From contig DATKWQ010000022.1 of NCBI GenBank assembly GCA_035529455.1, positions 7,418 to 71,417 on the forward strand: a DNA stretch of 64,000 bases, written 5' to 3'. The notes under the pieces were generated by a model that saw nothing but the letters and a program-made list of their open reading frames with translations, had not been told where the DNA came from and made no database searches. Positions 17,330 through 28,372 of this stretch are shown piece after piece. Each line of letters starts with the position of its first letter. Position 1 is the first letter of the stretch. A program made the position numbers and the translations under genes. The stretch is from Thermoplasmata archaeon. GTDB lineage: Archaea; Thermoplasmatota; Thermoplasmata; UBA10834.

Positions 17330-20300
17330 ATGTCGGCTGAGCCGCATCAATCAAGAGGGGGTACTGTCGCCCCCACCAATGGCGAGATGGCGAAGGGACC
17401 AGGCTGGAGCCTCGAGCCACAGATAGGGGCCAATGCGAAGACCGTCCTGGAGCGGCGATATCTCCGAAAGGATGACGATGGGAAGCCCACGGAGACACCT
17501 CGTGAGCTTTTCGAGAGAGTGGCTAGGGCTATAGCTACCGCTGAGGCCAACTACGGCAAATCGGACGCGGAGGTCGAGGCAGTCGCAGAGCGGTTCTACG
17601 AGCTGATGGCACGCCAGTACTTCATGCCAAACAGCCCCACACTCATGAACGCCGGCAGAGAGCTGGGACAGCTCTCCGCGTGTTTCGTTCTTCCAGTGGG
17701 AGACTCCATGGAGGAGATCTTCGACGCGATTAAGTTCACCGCCTTGATACACAAATGCCTCGTGCCGGAGACCCTCGTGATGACAGATGCCGGATGCAGG
17801 ACCATAGGCTCCGTCGACGGTGGTTCGTGGATAGAGACGCACGAAGGAATGGACTTGGTCGAGGAGAACCACTCGAACGGAGTACAAGAAGTATTCACTG
17901 TCGAGACGGCTGAGGGATATTCGATCACTGGCACCGCACTGCACCGGCTCATGGTGATGCAGGTGGACGGGACTTTCGACTGGAAACGCATCGGCGACCT
18001 CGAGAAGCACGACACACTCGTGATGAAACTTGGAGGCTGGCTGGGCGGGACGCTCGACAAGGTCGAGTGCGGATTCTCCGAGGTCGCGGAACACGGGATC
18101 GATGACAGGCTGATCAGGGCGGACGAGCCCGCACTGTGTGAGTTCATGAGAGACGCGTTCACGAGCCATGGTTGGATCTCGGCCGAAGGAGTAGTCTCTA
18201 TCGACACCGGGTCTGAGGCGCTCGCCCGCAGATTCCAGGCCATGCTGTTCTATGTCGGCGTGACCACACACAGACAGAGCTCGAAGCTTACCGTCTGCAC
18301 ACGGTCCGGTTTCGAGGTCTTCAGAGAGAAGATCGGCTTCGATTCGATGCTGTTGAACCGGAGGCTCGATAGGCTGGAGACTGAGGCGGCAATCTGTGCT
18401 GTTTCTTCATCTGGCTCCGGTCATGACGAGGCGGACGACGAGGGGCATTACTATGTCTGCGTGGAGGAAGTCGTTCCCGCGGGGAAGAGGGAGGTTGTGG
18501 ACCTCACCGTCAGTGGGACGCACGCGTATCTCGCGGACGGGTTCATCTCTCACAACAGTGGGGGCGGCACAGGATTCAGCTTCTCAAGACTTAGGCCCGC
18601 GCGCGACTCCGTGAAGAGCACTGCTGGGGTGTCGAGTGGGCCCATATCGTTCATGGAAGTCTTCAACACAGCTACGGAGACAATCAAGCAAGGGGGCACG
18701 CGCAGGGGGGCGAACATGGGCATACTACGCGTGGACCACCCGGACATAGTCGCGTTCATAACGAGTAAGAGGGACAGCTCGAAGCTGACCAACTTCAACA
18801 TATCGGTGGCGCTGACGGACAAGTTCATGGACGCCCTTGAGAAGGACGCGGAATACGATCTCGTCAGCCCGCGGTCGCGCGAAGGCGTCTCCAAGATGAA
18901 GGCGCGGAAGGTCTTCGACATGATAATCAACATGGCCTGGCGCAACGGCGAGCCGGGCGTAGTGTTCATCGACAAGATAAACAGGGACAATCCGACACCT
19001 GCCGTCGGCGAGATCGAGAGCACCAACCCATGCGGGGAGCAGCCGCTTCTCCCGTACGAGTCCTGCAACCTCGGCTCCATCAACCTATCGAAGATGCTCA
19101 GGATGGAGGACGGGCGGCTGGCCGTGGACTACGCGAGGCTCAGGGAGACTGTCCACTGGGCGGTACGGTTCCTCGATAACGTCATTGACGTGAACAAGTA
19201 TCCGCTCCCGCAGATAGAGGAGATGACAAAGGCGAACAGGAAGATAGGGCTTGGCGTGATGGGCTTCGCCGACATGCTTCTGCGCCTTGGCACCCCGTAC
19301 GACTCGGACGAGGCGATGAGCCTCGGTGCGGACATCATGAAGTTCATAGACGACGAGGGACACAAGGCGTCGGAGGCGCTCGCCTCCGAGAGGGGCAGCT
19401 TCCCCAACTTCAAGGAGAGCATCCTCGCTGACAGGTACGGCAGGCTGCGCAATGCGACGGTGACGACGATCGCCCCCACGGGCACCATCAGCATCATCGC
19501 CGCTGCCTCGAGCGGCATCGAGCCCATCTTCGCAGTAGCGTATGTGAGGAATGTGATGGACAGAGACATACTCCCCGAGGTCAACCCCATTTTCGAGGAG
19601 GTCGCCAAGGAGAGGGGGTTCTACTCCGCGGACCTGATGAAGGAGATAGCGGCTCAGGGGTCAGTGGCGGACGTCAAGGGGGTTCCCGAGGACATCGCGA
19701 AGCTTTTCGTGACCGCCCTGGACATCACCCCCGAGGCGCACGTACGGATGCAGGCGGCTTTCCAGGAGCACACCGACAACGCGGTATCGAAGACCGTCAA
19801 TTTCCCGAACGACGCGACGGTCGCGGATGTCGAGAATGTGTACCTCCTCGCCTACAAGCTCGGATGCAAGGGAGTGACGGTCTATCGATATGGGAGCAGG
19901 GATGACCAGGTCCTCAGCGTCGGCGAGAAGGAGTCGAAGGCGACGGATGATGAATCAGACGAGGAGAGAGAGGACTCGCGGGCGCCCAGGCCCCGGCCGT
20001 ACCTAACGAAGGGGACGACGCAGCGCATCGAGACGGGGTGCGGGCATCTCTACGTGACGATAAACGAGGACGAGAACGGCCTCTGCGAGGTATTCACGCA
20101 GATGGGCAAGTCTGGAGGATGCACGGCGTCCCAGTCCGAAGCGATCGGGCGGCTTCTGTCGCTCGCGCTGAGATCGGGGATCGAGCCCGAGTCGATAGTG
20201 AAACAGCTCAGAGGGATAAGATGCCCGTCGCCGCTGTGGCAGCCAGGGGGCATGGTGCTCTCCTGCAGCGACGCGGTCGCCAAGGCGCTGGAGCGGTACA

Positions 20301-20491
20301 CCAAGGAGCGATCCGCCACAGCAGAGGCAGGCAATGGTGCTGGCGCATGGTCGGAAGGACCAGGCCCACAGAAGCAGAACCATGTGGACAAGGGAGAGGT
20401 ATGCCCCGAATGCCCGGAATGCGGGAGCATGGTGGAATACGTTGAAGGATGCGTGGTGTGCCGGACCTGCGGGTACTCACGATGTTGGTAG
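17330..20491 (+). CDS. nrdJ: Class II (adenosylcobalamin-dependent) ribonucleotide reductase NrdJ, interrupted by one intein, with C-terminal zinc ribbon
   Basis: N-term [26 protein letters not shown]; extein motifs [34 protein letters not shown]; C-terminal CPECPECG...CVVCRTCG. 1053 aa equals a roughly 786-aa RNR plus a 267-aa intein. SD gagggggaaaATG. Confidence 0.85.
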   Translation: MSAEPHQSRGGTVAPTNGEMAKGPGWSLEPQIGANAKTVLERRYLRKDDDGKPTETPRELFERVARAIATAEANYGKSDAEVEAVAERFYELMARQYFMPNSPTLMNAGRELGQLSACFVLPVGDSMEEIFDAIKFTALIHKCLVPETLVMTDAGCRTIGSVDGGSWIETHEGMDLVEENHSNGVQEVFTVETAEGYSITGTALHRLMVMQVDGTFDWKRIGDLEKHDTLVMKLGGWLGGTLDKVECGFSEVAEHGIDDRLIRADEPALCEFMRDAFTSHGWISAEGVVSIDTGSEALARRFQAMLFYVGVTTHRQSSKLTVCTRSGFEVFREKIGFDSMLLNRRLDRLETEAAICAVSSSGSGHDEADDEGHYYVCVEEVVPAGKREVVDLTVSGTHAYLADGFISHNSGGGTGFSFSRLRPARDSVKSTAGVSSGPISFMEVFNTATETIKQGGTRRGANMGILRVDHPDIVAFITSKRDSSKLTNFNISVALTDKFMDALEKDAEYDLVSPRSREGVSKMKARKVFDMIINMAWRNGEPGVVFIDKINRDNPTPAVGEIESTNPCGEQPLLPYESCNLGSINLSKMLRMEDGRLAVDYARLRETVHWAVRFLDNVIDVNKYPLPQIEEMTKANRKIGLGVMGFADMLLRLGTPYDSDEAMSLGADIMKFIDDEGHKASEALASERGSFPNFKESILADRYGRLRNATVTTIAPTGTISIIAAASSGIEPIFAVAYVRNVMDRDILPEVNPIFEEVAKERGFYSADLMKEIAAQGSVADVKGVPEDIAKLFVTALDITPEAHVRMQAAFQEHTDNAVSKTVNFPNDATVADVENVYLLAYKLGCKGVTVYRYGSRDDQVLSVGEKESKATDDESDEEREDSRAPRPRPYLTKGTTQRIETGCGHLYVTINEDENGLCEVFTQMGKSGGCTASQSEAIGRLLSLALRSGIEPESIVKQLRGIRCPSPLWQPGGMVLSCSDAVAKALERYTKERSATAEAGNGAGAWSEGPGPQKQNHVDKGEVCPECPECGSMVEYVEGCVVCRTCGYSRCW
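17756..18556 (+). mobile_element. Intein (267 aa) in nrdJ
   Basis: Begins with Cys directly after ALIHK ([13 protein letters not shown], block A) and ends ...[13 protein letters not shown] followed by Ser (HN/S splice junction). Block B-like GTALHRL is present. No clear LAGLIDADG motifs, so the endonuclease domain may be degenerate or absent. Confidence 0.75.
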
Positions 20492-20592
20492 AACAAGAAG
20501 AGGGAAAGCAGGGCTGCCGGCCCCGCGGGGTGCAGGGGCCGGAGCAGATTTATTTTCGGTCGACCATGACGGGGCCGTAACGGGTGTTGCCA

Positions 20593-21174
20593 ATGGCCAA
20601 GGTTCTGACTATAAACGGGAGCCCGAGGAAGGACGGGAACATAGACGGCATGCTGAACGCTGCAGAGGAAGTGCTGAGGCAGGAGGGCTTGGAGGTCGAG
20701 CGCGTCTCCCTCGCCGACAGGGAGGTCAGACCGTGCAATGCGTGTGACGCGTGCTACGACGACGCGTGGAGCTGCCCGATCGACGACGACGCCATCCCCG
20801 TCCTGAAGAAGATGGTGAAGGCCGACGGAATACTGATCGGCTCCCCCGTCTACTTCGGAGGGGTCACCGCGCAGCTCAAGGCCCTAATGGACAGATCGGT
20901 CATGCCCTATCAGGAGTCGGAACTCAAGGACAAGATCGGCGGGGCGCTTAGCTGTGGCGGTGCGACGCACGGCGGTCAGGAGCTCACGGTCAACCAGATA
21001 GCCGTCTATTTCATGACTCACGACATGCAGTTCGCGAACGCCGGAGGCGGGGCATATGGAGCGATGGGTACTGCCAACGATAAAGGGGAGATAGCCGAGG
21101 ACGAGGAGGGACTCGCTTCCGCCCGAGCACTGGGGAAGCGCATGGCCCACCTGCTCAAGGCAAAGGGCGTCTGA
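20593..21174 (+). CDS. Iron-sulfur flavoprotein (Isf) / NADPH-dependent FMN reductase family
   Basis: Flavodoxin-like LTINGSPRKDGN with the compact Cys motif CNACDACYDDAWSC (CxxCxxCx6C) typical of archaeal Isf; GSPVYFGG. Confidence 0.7.
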   Translation: MAKVLTINGSPRKDGNIDGMLNAAEEVLRQEGLEVERVSLADREVRPCNACDACYDDAWSCPIDDDAIPVLKKMVKADGILIGSPVYFGGVTAQLKALMDRSVMPYQESELKDKIGGALSCGGATHGGQELTVNQIAVYFMTHDMQFANAGGGAYGAMGTANDKGEIAEDEEGLASARALGKRMAHLLKAKGV

Positions 21175-21431
21175 CTTATAGCCTGGCCAATGGCAGTTCG
21201 ACGTCTACGCTACGTGTATCCCAAACAGTACTCTAAGCACCATGTCCATGGCCGCCCGTGGGTGATCGGAAGTCCGAAGCATCGTCCGGGCATGTGGCCG
21301 TGGGGACGGCGATTGAGCATACCACGAGCTGCATGTGATGCTCGTACACTTCCGGCCCACTCCAGGTGGAAGTGATATACGGCTTGAACGCAATCAAGGT
21401 GATCTCCTCGAAGCCAGGAGGGGGAAGGAAG

Positions 21432-22403
21432 ATGACAACGGACAAGCAGTTCATTAGCGCGCTCAAGGCGGGAGACGGCGTCGACTCATACTTCTCTGTG
21501 GCGTACAAGAAGCCAGTAACCGAGTACAAATACGGACACATGTTCGAGTTCAGGGCCGGTGACAGGACGGGACAGATAACGGTGAAGTACTGGGGAGGAG
21601 ACGACCGAGAACGCGTGAAGAACCTCCAGATTATGCTCGAACGAGGTGGCGTCGTGCATATCAAGGGCGAGGCTGGGGAGTACAGAAGCCAGCTCGAGAT
21701 ATCGGTCAGCGAGAAGGACGGCGGTGTGATCGAGAGGCTGAGCCCGGAGGACTACGACGCCTCTGCTCTGCTGGCAACCCTTGATGGCATCCCCGAGATG
21801 AAGGAAAGGCTGATGCGATCCGTCCGAGCCGTGGAGGAGCCGCATCTGAACCGGCTCCTGACCGACCTGTTCGAGGATGAGGGATTCATGGAATCGTTCT
21901 GTGCGTGTCCAGCTTCAGTCCAGTTCCACTCTGCGGCAATAGGTGGGCTGCTCAATCACACCCTGACAGTGGTGGAGACCTGCTCCAAGATGCTCCTGCT
22001 GCAGCCCGGACTGGACAGAGATCTCGTAATCGCAGGGGCGCTGCTGCATGACATCGGAAAGACGCGGACTTACGTGGTCGCTGCCAACACGAACCACACG
22101 CCTGAGGGCAATCTCATCGGCCACCTCGTCATCAGCTACGAACTCCTGGTTGACAGGTTGCGCTCAATCGATGGATTCCCAGAGGATCTCGCCCTGAAAC
22201 TGAAGCATGTGATCCTCTCGCATCATGGCAGGAAGGAGTGGGGGTCGCCGGTCGAGCCGATGATGCCCGAGGCATTGCTTGTCCACATGGCGGATGACAT
22301 GGACGCGAAGCTCAACTATATGGTCTCCAGGCGCGAGGAGGCGGTCTCCGAGGACGACTGGACATGGGACCGCAGACTGTCGAGGTTGATCTACCTGAAA
22401 TGA
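21432..22403 (+). CDS. OB-fold + HD-domain protein (YhaM-like 3'-5' exonuclease family)
   Basis: N-terminal OB-like segment (GQITVKYWGG...VVHIKGEAGEYRSQLEI), then HD domain (HSAAIGGLLNHTL...LLHDIGK...HHG). SD ggagggggaagg before the ATG at 21432. Confidence 0.6.
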   Translation: MTTDKQFISALKAGDGVDSYFSVAYKKPVTEYKYGHMFEFRAGDRTGQITVKYWGGDDRERVKNLQIMLERGGVVHIKGEAGEYRSQLEISVSEKDGGVIERLSPEDYDASALLATLDGIPEMKERLMRSVRAVEEPHLNRLLTDLFEDEGFMESFCACPASVQFHSAAIGGLLNHTLTVVETCSKMLLLQPGLDRDLVIAGALLHDIGKTRTYVVAANTNHTPEGNLIGHLVISYELLVDRLRSIDGFPEDLALKLKHVILSHHGRKEWGSPVEPMMPEALLVHMADDMDAKLNYMVSRREEAVSEDDWTWDRRLSRLIYLK

Positions 22404-22517
22404 CCGCCGAGACGACCATGCGCGCCGATTTCGCGTACAACAATGTGCAATGATGCTGGAAAAAGCTATATATTGTACCAGACATCAACTTTCTTCCAAG
22501 ACCAAGGAGGGAACGAA

Positions 22518-23819
22518 TTGAGATCGATAAGGACAACGCTCACACCTGAAGAGATGCCAAGGAAATGGTACAACATCCTGCCGGACCTGCCGACGCCGCT
22601 TCCGCCACCGCTGAACCCGGCCACCAAGGAGCCCATTTCGCCATCGGACCTTGAAGCCATCTTCCCGAAGGCGCTCATAGCGCAGGAGATGTCCTCGGAG
22701 AGTTACATCGACATACCCGAGGAGGTCCTCGACTCATACATGATGATCAACAGGCCGAGTCCGCTTCAGAGGGCTGTGAGGCTGGAGGAGAAGCTGAAGA
22801 CGCCGGCCAAGATCTACTTCAAGCGCGAGGACATGTCCCCGGCTGGCAGCCACAAAACGAACACCGCTCTCGCCCAGGCATATTACAACAAGATGGAGGG
22901 TGTGGAGCGGCTCACGACGGAGACCGGCGCTGGACAGTGGGGGTCGGCTCTCAGTTTGGCATGCAGTCATTTCGACATGACGTGCCAGGTATACATGGTA
23001 AGGGCGAGCTACGACCAGAAGCCGTATAGGAGAGAGGTCATGCGCCTGTTCGGCAGCCAGGTATTCCCGTCGCCCAGCGACCAGACCGAGTTCGGCAGGT
23101 CGCTTCTCGCCAAGGACAAGAACCACCCGGGCTCACTGGGCATCGCGATCAGCGAGGCGCTCGAAGCCTGCATCAAGGACGGCAATGCGAAGTACAGCCT
23201 CGGCAGCGTCCTCAACCACGTGATGTTGCATCAGACCATCATCGGACAGGAGACGATGCTGCAGTTCCAGAAGCTGGGTGAGAAGCCTGACTACCTCGTG
23301 GGATGCGTCGGAGGCGGCTCGAACTTCGCGGGGTTCACATTCCCGTTCGTGGGACAGCATCTCAAGAAGAAGCTGGACACCGAGTTCATCGCTGTCGAGC
23401 CCACATCCGTGCCGACACTCACCGGTGGGAAGTACGAATACGACTTCGGCGACACCGCCGAGATGACCCCGCTCCTCATGATGTACACGCTGGGACACGC
23501 GTTCGTCCCATCGCCGATCCATGCAGGCGGATTGAGGTATCACGGGGCGGCGCCTACCGTCAGCGCGCTCGTCAACGAGGGCATTGTGAAGCCCGTTTCC
23601 TACCAGCAGAAGGAAGTGTTCGACGCAGCGGCTCTCTTCGCGAGGCAGGAAGGCATCATACCCGCCCCAGAAACGGCCCATGCCATCAAGGCCGTGATCG
23701 ACCTGGCGCTTGAGGCGAAGAAGAACAACGAGGAGAAGATCATAGCGTTCAACTTCTCGGGCCACGGTCTGCTCGACCTCGCGGGATACCAGGCGTATCT
23801 GGATGGAACACTGACCTGA
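22518..23819 (+). CDS. trpB2: Tryptophan synthase beta-like protein, TrpB2 type, not in a trp operon
   Basis: [16 protein letters not shown]-terminus typical of TrpB2; PLP-binding [18 protein letters not shown]; GAGQWGSA; TTG start at 22518 preceded by AAGGAGG. No trpA or other trp genes nearby. Confidence 0.8.
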   Translation: MRSIRTTLTPEEMPRKWYNILPDLPTPLPPPLNPATKEPISPSDLEAIFPKALIAQEMSSESYIDIPEEVLDSYMMINRPSPLQRAVRLEEKLKTPAKIYFKREDMSPAGSHKTNTALAQAYYNKMEGVERLTTETGAGQWGSALSLACSHFDMTCQVYMVRASYDQKPYRREVMRLFGSQVFPSPSDQTEFGRSLLAKDKNHPGSLGIAISEALEACIKDGNAKYSLGSVLNHVMLHQTIIGQETMLQFQKLGEKPDYLVGCVGGGSNFAGFTFPFVGQHLKKKLDTEFIAVEPTSVPTLTGGKYEYDFGDTAEMTPLLMMYTLGHAFVPSPIHAGGLRYHGAAPTVSALVNEGIVKPVSYQQKEVFDAAALFARQEGIIPAPETAHAIKAVIDLALEAKKNNEEKIIAFNFSGHGLLDLAGYQAYLDGTLT

Positions 23820-23873
23820 GTCTGCAGGTCCAGACCATCAGACCGCATGGCGCAGTGGGACTGTGCGTGAACG

Positions 23874-24359
23874 TCAGGAGAAGTAGCTCTCTTGATCCTC
23901 GCGCAGGCTCCTGAAGGTCGCCCTGAACTCTGGCCGCTTGAGCGCCCTATCGAGCTGGACCTTCAGATCCCTATCGAGACGCTCCTGCTTTGACTGGAAG
24001 TACTCCGTCTTGAGCGTGTCAGCGGTATCCGAGGAGTACTGCTGCATACCGAACAGTATGACTGATGAGGCGTCCGCGGCACGTGAGACCATGCCAATTG
24101 GAATTGGAGAGCCGTCCTTCGACAGGTCGGCAAGGTCTGGGCTGTTCGAGCCGACTTCGCCTCCAACTGCGACCATCCTTCCGCGCGCGACCTCTGCCGC
24201 CTTGATCTGATAAATTTTCTCGTCGGAGAACAAGAAAGTGTCGTACGCGCCCTTCACGTGGTCTCTTCCTGTGAGCGCGCGCCATCCGTGCCGCTGATTG
24301 CTTGAATCGTACTGTCTCTTGAGATGCCTCATCAGCTCGTCTATGCCGAGGAACTCCAT
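23874..24359 (-). CDS. Hypothetical protein (161 aa)
   Basis: Clean ORF convergent with trpB2; no motif I can assign. Ends in a basic/acidic helical tail. Confidence 0.4.
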   Translation of the reverse strand: MEFLGIDELMRHLKRQYDSSNQRHGWRALTGRDHVKGAYDTFLFSDEKIYQIKAAEVARGRMVAVGGEVGSNSPDLADLSKDGSPIPIGMVSRAADASSVILFGMQQYSSDTADTLKTEYFQSKQERLDRDLKVQLDRALKRPEFRATFRSLREDQESYFS

Positions 24360-24427
24360 AGGATATCAACACTGCAAACGTTGGCGCACTCCAGTTTCCA
24401 GCCGCCAGGCAGGCACATGAGTGACTT

Positions 24428-25330
24428 TCATCTGTAGCTCTCGCCGGTGATCCTCTCGAACATGTCTATGTAGAGCTCGGAGATCTCGTTGATCTTGTCC
24501 GCCGGCAGCGCGGGCATCTTAGGCTCGGCCTTGCCCTTCTTCCTCGCCTCGAGCAGCCTGTCGTAGTACCCGATGCCTCGATAGTGCTGCCGGACATTCT
24601 CCTTGCTCAGCTCCATGAACTCGCCCTTCGAGTAGCTGTCCCAATCCCACCACCGGTCCTCGTCGGAGGTGCCGAATGTGTCCACGATCATGAGCTCGCG
24701 GTCCTCGTCGAACGCGAATTCCTTCTTGCCGTCAACGTGGATCAAATCGCGCTTCTCCACCTCCTCACCGATCCGCTCGTCCATCCGTAGAGTGGCCTCG
24801 ATAATCGCGTCGTACTCGGCCTGGCTCAATGCGGCAATCTTCACGGCCTCCTTCTTGGTCAAGAGACGGTCCACCTTCTCCAACTTCGTGGTGAACTCGA
24901 TGAATGGCTCCGGCAGCTTGTCGCCGTACTTCACTTCCTTGCTGGATTTCAACCCCAGCTTGGACGGTTTCAGGTCGCCGGCCTTCAGCCTGTCCCAGAG
25001 AGACCCAGCCACATAGTGTCTGCATATGACCTCAAGCGGGATCAGGTAGTCCGTCGTCTTCTTGGTGATATCGGAGTACTTGAGGACCTCTACCCTCTGA
25101 ACACGCATCCGGTTGGGAGGGATGAGCTCCTTGAAATGAGTCTTTATGCCGAAAGAACGGCCAACTTGGAACCAGAACGCGCTAGACCTGCACAGAGTTT
25201 CGCCCTTGTTTGGTATGAGCGAGGGAATGGTCTTGTCGAACACTGATATCTTGTCTGAGAAGACGAATTCGAGAGTGTGGCCGTCCACTTTGTAGACGTC
25301 CTTGACTTTTCCCTGGCGTACGAGTTTCAT
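24428..25330 (-). CDS. purC: Phosphoribosylaminoimidazole-succinocarboxamide (SAICAR) synthase
   Basis: MKLVRQGKVKDVYKVDGHTLEFVFSDKISVFD...GIKTHF; about 70-aa C-terminal extension. ATG at 25330; the ORF-track start at 25432 adds a 34-aa extension that is unlikely to be real. Confidence 0.85.
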   Translation of the reverse strand: MKLVRQGKVKDVYKVDGHTLEFVFSDKISVFDKTIPSLIPNKGETLCRSSAFWFQVGRSFGIKTHFKELIPPNRMRVQRVEVLKYSDITKKTTDYLIPLEVICRHYVAGSLWDRLKAGDLKPSKLGLKSSKEVKYGDKLPEPFIEFTTKLEKVDRLLTKKEAVKIAALSQAEYDAIIEATLRMDERIGEEVEKRDLIHVDGKKEFAFDEDRELMIVDTFGTSDEDRWWDWDSYSKGEFMELSKENVRQHYRGIGYYDRLLEARKKGKAEPKMPALPADKINEISELYIDMFERITGESYR

Positions 25331-25488
25331 ATGACCAGGTGCGTTGTAAGCGATAGCTATTCTTAATGGTTTGGGTGTCTGACATATACTGACAGAACCG
25401 CGATTTTCCCGCCACCGATGCACCGACGCCACTCGGCAAAAAGCATTAAGCTACTCGGGATGCGTAACGCTGAGCGAGGTAGTCTGAG

Positions 25489-26706
25489 TTGACAGGCTCG
25501 TTTGACCATCACTTTTCAGCCCGTGCGAATGCGATGAAGGCGTCGGATGTCAGGGAACTGCTCAAACTCCTGCAAGCCCCTGACATGATATCGTTCGCGG
25601 GCGGTTTGCCCAACCCGGCGACTTTCCCTACAGAGATCATACGCGAGATTACCAACGACATCCTCAGCGGCGACGCCAGAAGCGCGCTGCAGTACGGCAT
25701 AACCGAAGGTTATCTCCCTCTCAGGGAGGCGGTGGCGGAGCGCATGCGGGGGAAACGCATCGATGTGACGACCGACAACGTCGGCATCGTGAGCGGATCC
25801 CAACAGGTCATCGACCTCGTGGGCAAGGTATTCATCGATCCTGGCGACTCCATAGTCGTATCGGCGCCGACGTACCTGACAGCCTTGACGGGATTCGCGG
25901 TATACAACGCCCGATTCGAGACTGTGCCCATCGACGAGGACAACATGAGGATGGACCTCTTCGAGGATAAGCTGAAAACACTCACCAGTGATTCGAGGCA
26001 TCCGAAACTGATATACGCCCTTCCGAACTTCCAGAACCCGGCGGGCGTCACCATGCCTGAGCGCAACCGCAGGCGACTGATAGACCTCGCCTCCGAACAC
26101 GACCTGATCATACTGGAGGACGACCCGTATGGTGAGTTGAGATACAGGGGAGACGATGTTCGCCCCATCAAGAGCTTCGACGACGAGGGAAGGGTGGTGT
26201 ACATGAGCACCTTCTCGAAGATACTCGCTCCCGGCCTGCGGATCGGCTGGATGCTCGCTCATCCCGACATCCTGCGGAAGCTGATAATAGCGAAGCAGTC
26301 GAGCGATGTCTGCACCAACGTGCTGGGACAGGTCATATCCCACGAGTACATCGCCCGAGGCCACATCGACACCCAGATAGGGAAGATAAGGGCCATGTAT
26401 GGCAGGAAGATGGACCTCATGTTGGATGGCATGAAACGCTTCATGCCCGACGGAATAGAATGGATCACTCCGGAAGGTGGCATGTTCCTCTGGGCGACGC
26501 TGCCCGAAGGACTCTCTTCGGGCGAGCTGCTTGAGAAAGCTCTCAAGAAGGGGGTCGCCTTCGTCTCAGGAAGGGCATTCTTTCCGGACCCGGCTGACGG
26601 GATGAGCACCATGAGATTGAACTTCACCTATCCGTCCGATGATCTCATCGAGGAGGGACTAAGACGCCTCGGTGCCGTAATCAAGGAAGAAATGGGCGCG
26701 CCTTGA
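25489..26706 (+). CDS. PLP-dependent class I/II aminotransferase (COG1167 / 2-aminoadipate-aromatic aminotransferase family)
   Basis: FSARANAMKASDVRELLK N-terminus, GGLPNP, catalytic Lys in STFSKILAPGLRIGW; 405 aa. Confidence 0.8.
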   Translation: MTGSFDHHFSARANAMKASDVRELLKLLQAPDMISFAGGLPNPATFPTEIIREITNDILSGDARSALQYGITEGYLPLREAVAERMRGKRIDVTTDNVGIVSGSQQVIDLVGKVFIDPGDSIVVSAPTYLTALTGFAVYNARFETVPIDEDNMRMDLFEDKLKTLTSDSRHPKLIYALPNFQNPAGVTMPERNRRRLIDLASEHDLIILEDDPYGELRYRGDDVRPIKSFDDEGRVVYMSTFSKILAPGLRIGWMLAHPDILRKLIIAKQSSDVCTNVLGQVISHEYIARGHIDTQIGKIRAMYGRKMDLMLDGMKRFMPDGIEWITPEGGMFLWATLPEGLSSGELLEKALKKGVAFVSGRAFFPDPADGMSTMRLNFTYPSDDLIEEGLRRLGAVIKEEMGAP

Positions 26707-26741
26707 ATCGCCCAACGTCAGCGCCGTTCCACTCACGCCGT

Positions 26742-27455
26742 TCAGAATATCTCTGCTCCAGCGTGGACGACGAGTCCCTTGTCTGTGATCGAATAGGGCT
26801 TCACCCTGCGGGAATGCGACGTCCGTCTCATCTTCAGGACCCGTACCGTCAGCTGGACCTCTCCAGATTCCTTATTCTCATCAGACTGCAGGAGAAGAAC
26901 GCCGTCTGCGGTGTACTCAGCGAGGCCGTCCCTGGAAGAGCGAGGGTTCTCGTCCTTGACCTCCGCGGTCAGGATGGAGGTCGCTCCCGTGCTGCGCAGA
27001 AGCTGGGTCAGGTTGAACAGGTTGGACCGGCGGTCTGACTCGTCCGGGAACATCATGTTCAACAATGACACGGAATCTATCACCACTCTTTTGGCGCCGA
27101 ACGATTTCACGAACTTCGGGAGCTCGCTGCGGATTCTGGTGATGGTCGTCTTTGCATCGGATGGCTCCAGCTTGAAGAGCCCCAACTTCTTGTCTGCAAC
27201 CGGTTTGGACAGGTCCCAGCCGAAGGACGCTGCGTTCTTCAGCACGGAATCCTTGTCCTCCTCAAGCGAGATGAATATGCAGTGTTCGCCCTGGCTGAGC
27301 CCCTCCATCAGGAACTGCAGACCGAGAGTGGTCTTCCCGGTGCCGAACGAACCCATCGCGACTATCATATGTCCGTCTGGGAATCCGCCCTGAAGCATCT
27401 CATCGAGCCCTGGCACGCCTGTCCTGACTCTCGTCAAAGTCATTCTTGTTTTCAC
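26742..27455 (-). CDS. KaiC-like / RecA-superfamily ATPase (intact Walker A)
   Basis: VRTGVPGLDEMLQGGFPDGHMIVAMGSFGTGKTTLGLQF; Walker B VVIDSVS. Confidence 0.75.
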   Translation of the reverse strand: MKTRMTLTRVRTGVPGLDEMLQGGFPDGHMIVAMGSFGTGKTTLGLQFLMEGLSQGEHCIFISLEEDKDSVLKNAASFGWDLSKPVADKKLGLFKLEPSDAKTTITRIRSELPKFVKSFGAKRVVIDSVSLLNMMFPDESDRRSNLFNLTQLLRSTGATSILTAEVKDENPRSSRDGLAEYTADGVLLLQSDENKESGEVQLTVRVLKMRRTSHSRRVKPYSITDKGLVVHAGAEIF

Positions 27456-28315
27456 CCCACGCGCTCAGTGTTGATCACCACGAACCCACTCTGGGAAGTG
27501 ATGAGCGTTGCGAATCTAGCTATCCTCTCCTGGTCAAGATGGGGGAGGACGCTCATGAACTTCTCAACGTACAGGTATCTCTGCCTCTTGGATGTGTGAT
27601 GGTACTTGGCCCACTCGAACCTCAGGACACCATCAACGCTGTCTATTATCATCTGCTGGCGCCTCTTGTCGAGTATCTCGTCTGTCAGCAGCACATAGAA
27701 GACGGACTCCCATTTCTTCGCCATCCTCTGTATACCCTTGAGCAGAGCAACAACGTCCTCGAACTTCACGGTGTCCGACACCACCAGATCTGTGAGTGAG
27801 TCGATCACCACGAGGCTCCTGGGAGCGTTCGCGTCGAGGAATGTCACGAGCGACTCGAGTACCCCTTCGTCTCTGTTCTCAGAGAACAGTTCGGACCCGT
27901 CGGAACCAACCCAACTGGTGGGGACCACCGTCCGCATGAAATAGCCCTTCGAGAAGTCCTTGAACACCAGGTTCGATTCGAGTGACTCGTGGAAATCCTT
28001 GGTGAATGAGAGTCTCACCTCCCTCAAGACATCCTCTTTGGACCTCGAGAATGTCACATACGACATCTGGTCGGGCAGGACTCCATCCTTGCCAGCATGC
28101 CCCATGATGAACCCCCGCGTCTCTGGAAACTCCTTGACGAGGCCAATCTTCGCGGCTGACGTAAGGGCGAATTCGAGTCCTCCGCCCCCAACGTCGCCCA
28201 GCAGCAGAATGACTGATCCTAGCGGCACGCCGCCGCCGATTATCGAGTCGAAATCCGCGACACCTGTGGGTGTCCTTGCTACATCCCCTTCCGACATGAG
28301 TGCAGTAGAGCACAT
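27452..28315 (-). CDS. KaiC-like paralog with degenerate P-loop (probably non-catalytic partner)
   Basis: Same fold pattern (TGVADFDSIIGGGVPLGSVILLLGDVGGGGLEFALT ... VVIDSLTDL) but Walker A GxxxxGK[ST] is replaced by GDVGGGG. 4-nt overlap with the downstream KaiC-like gene. Confidence 0.6.
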   Translation of the reverse strand: MCSTALMSEGDVARTPTGVADFDSIIGGGVPLGSVILLLGDVGGGGLEFALTSAAKIGLVKEFPETRGFIMGHAGKDGVLPDQMSYVTFSRSKEDVLREVRLSFTKDFHESLESNLVFKDFSKGYFMRTVVPTSWVGSDGSELFSENRDEGVLESLVTFLDANAPRSLVVIDSLTDLVVSDTVKFEDVVALLKGIQRMAKKWESVFYVLLTDEILDKRRQQMIIDSVDGVLRFEWAKYHHTSKRQRYLYVEKFMSVLPHLDQERIARFATLITSQSGFVVINTERVG

Positions 28316-28372
28316 ATGGTTCAGGAATAATGAAACTTTGGGGGTCCGATCGCCGAGAACAGGCGTGGCATA

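Noticed and set aside
17351-18271. 306-aa ORF antisense to nrdJ and other alternative-frame ORFs across the window (for example 3909-4592, 9604-10476, 23133-23765, 61382-62260)
   Set aside because: They overlap strongly supported genes in other frames with skewed Arg/Pro/Gly composition; expected in 60%-GC DNA.
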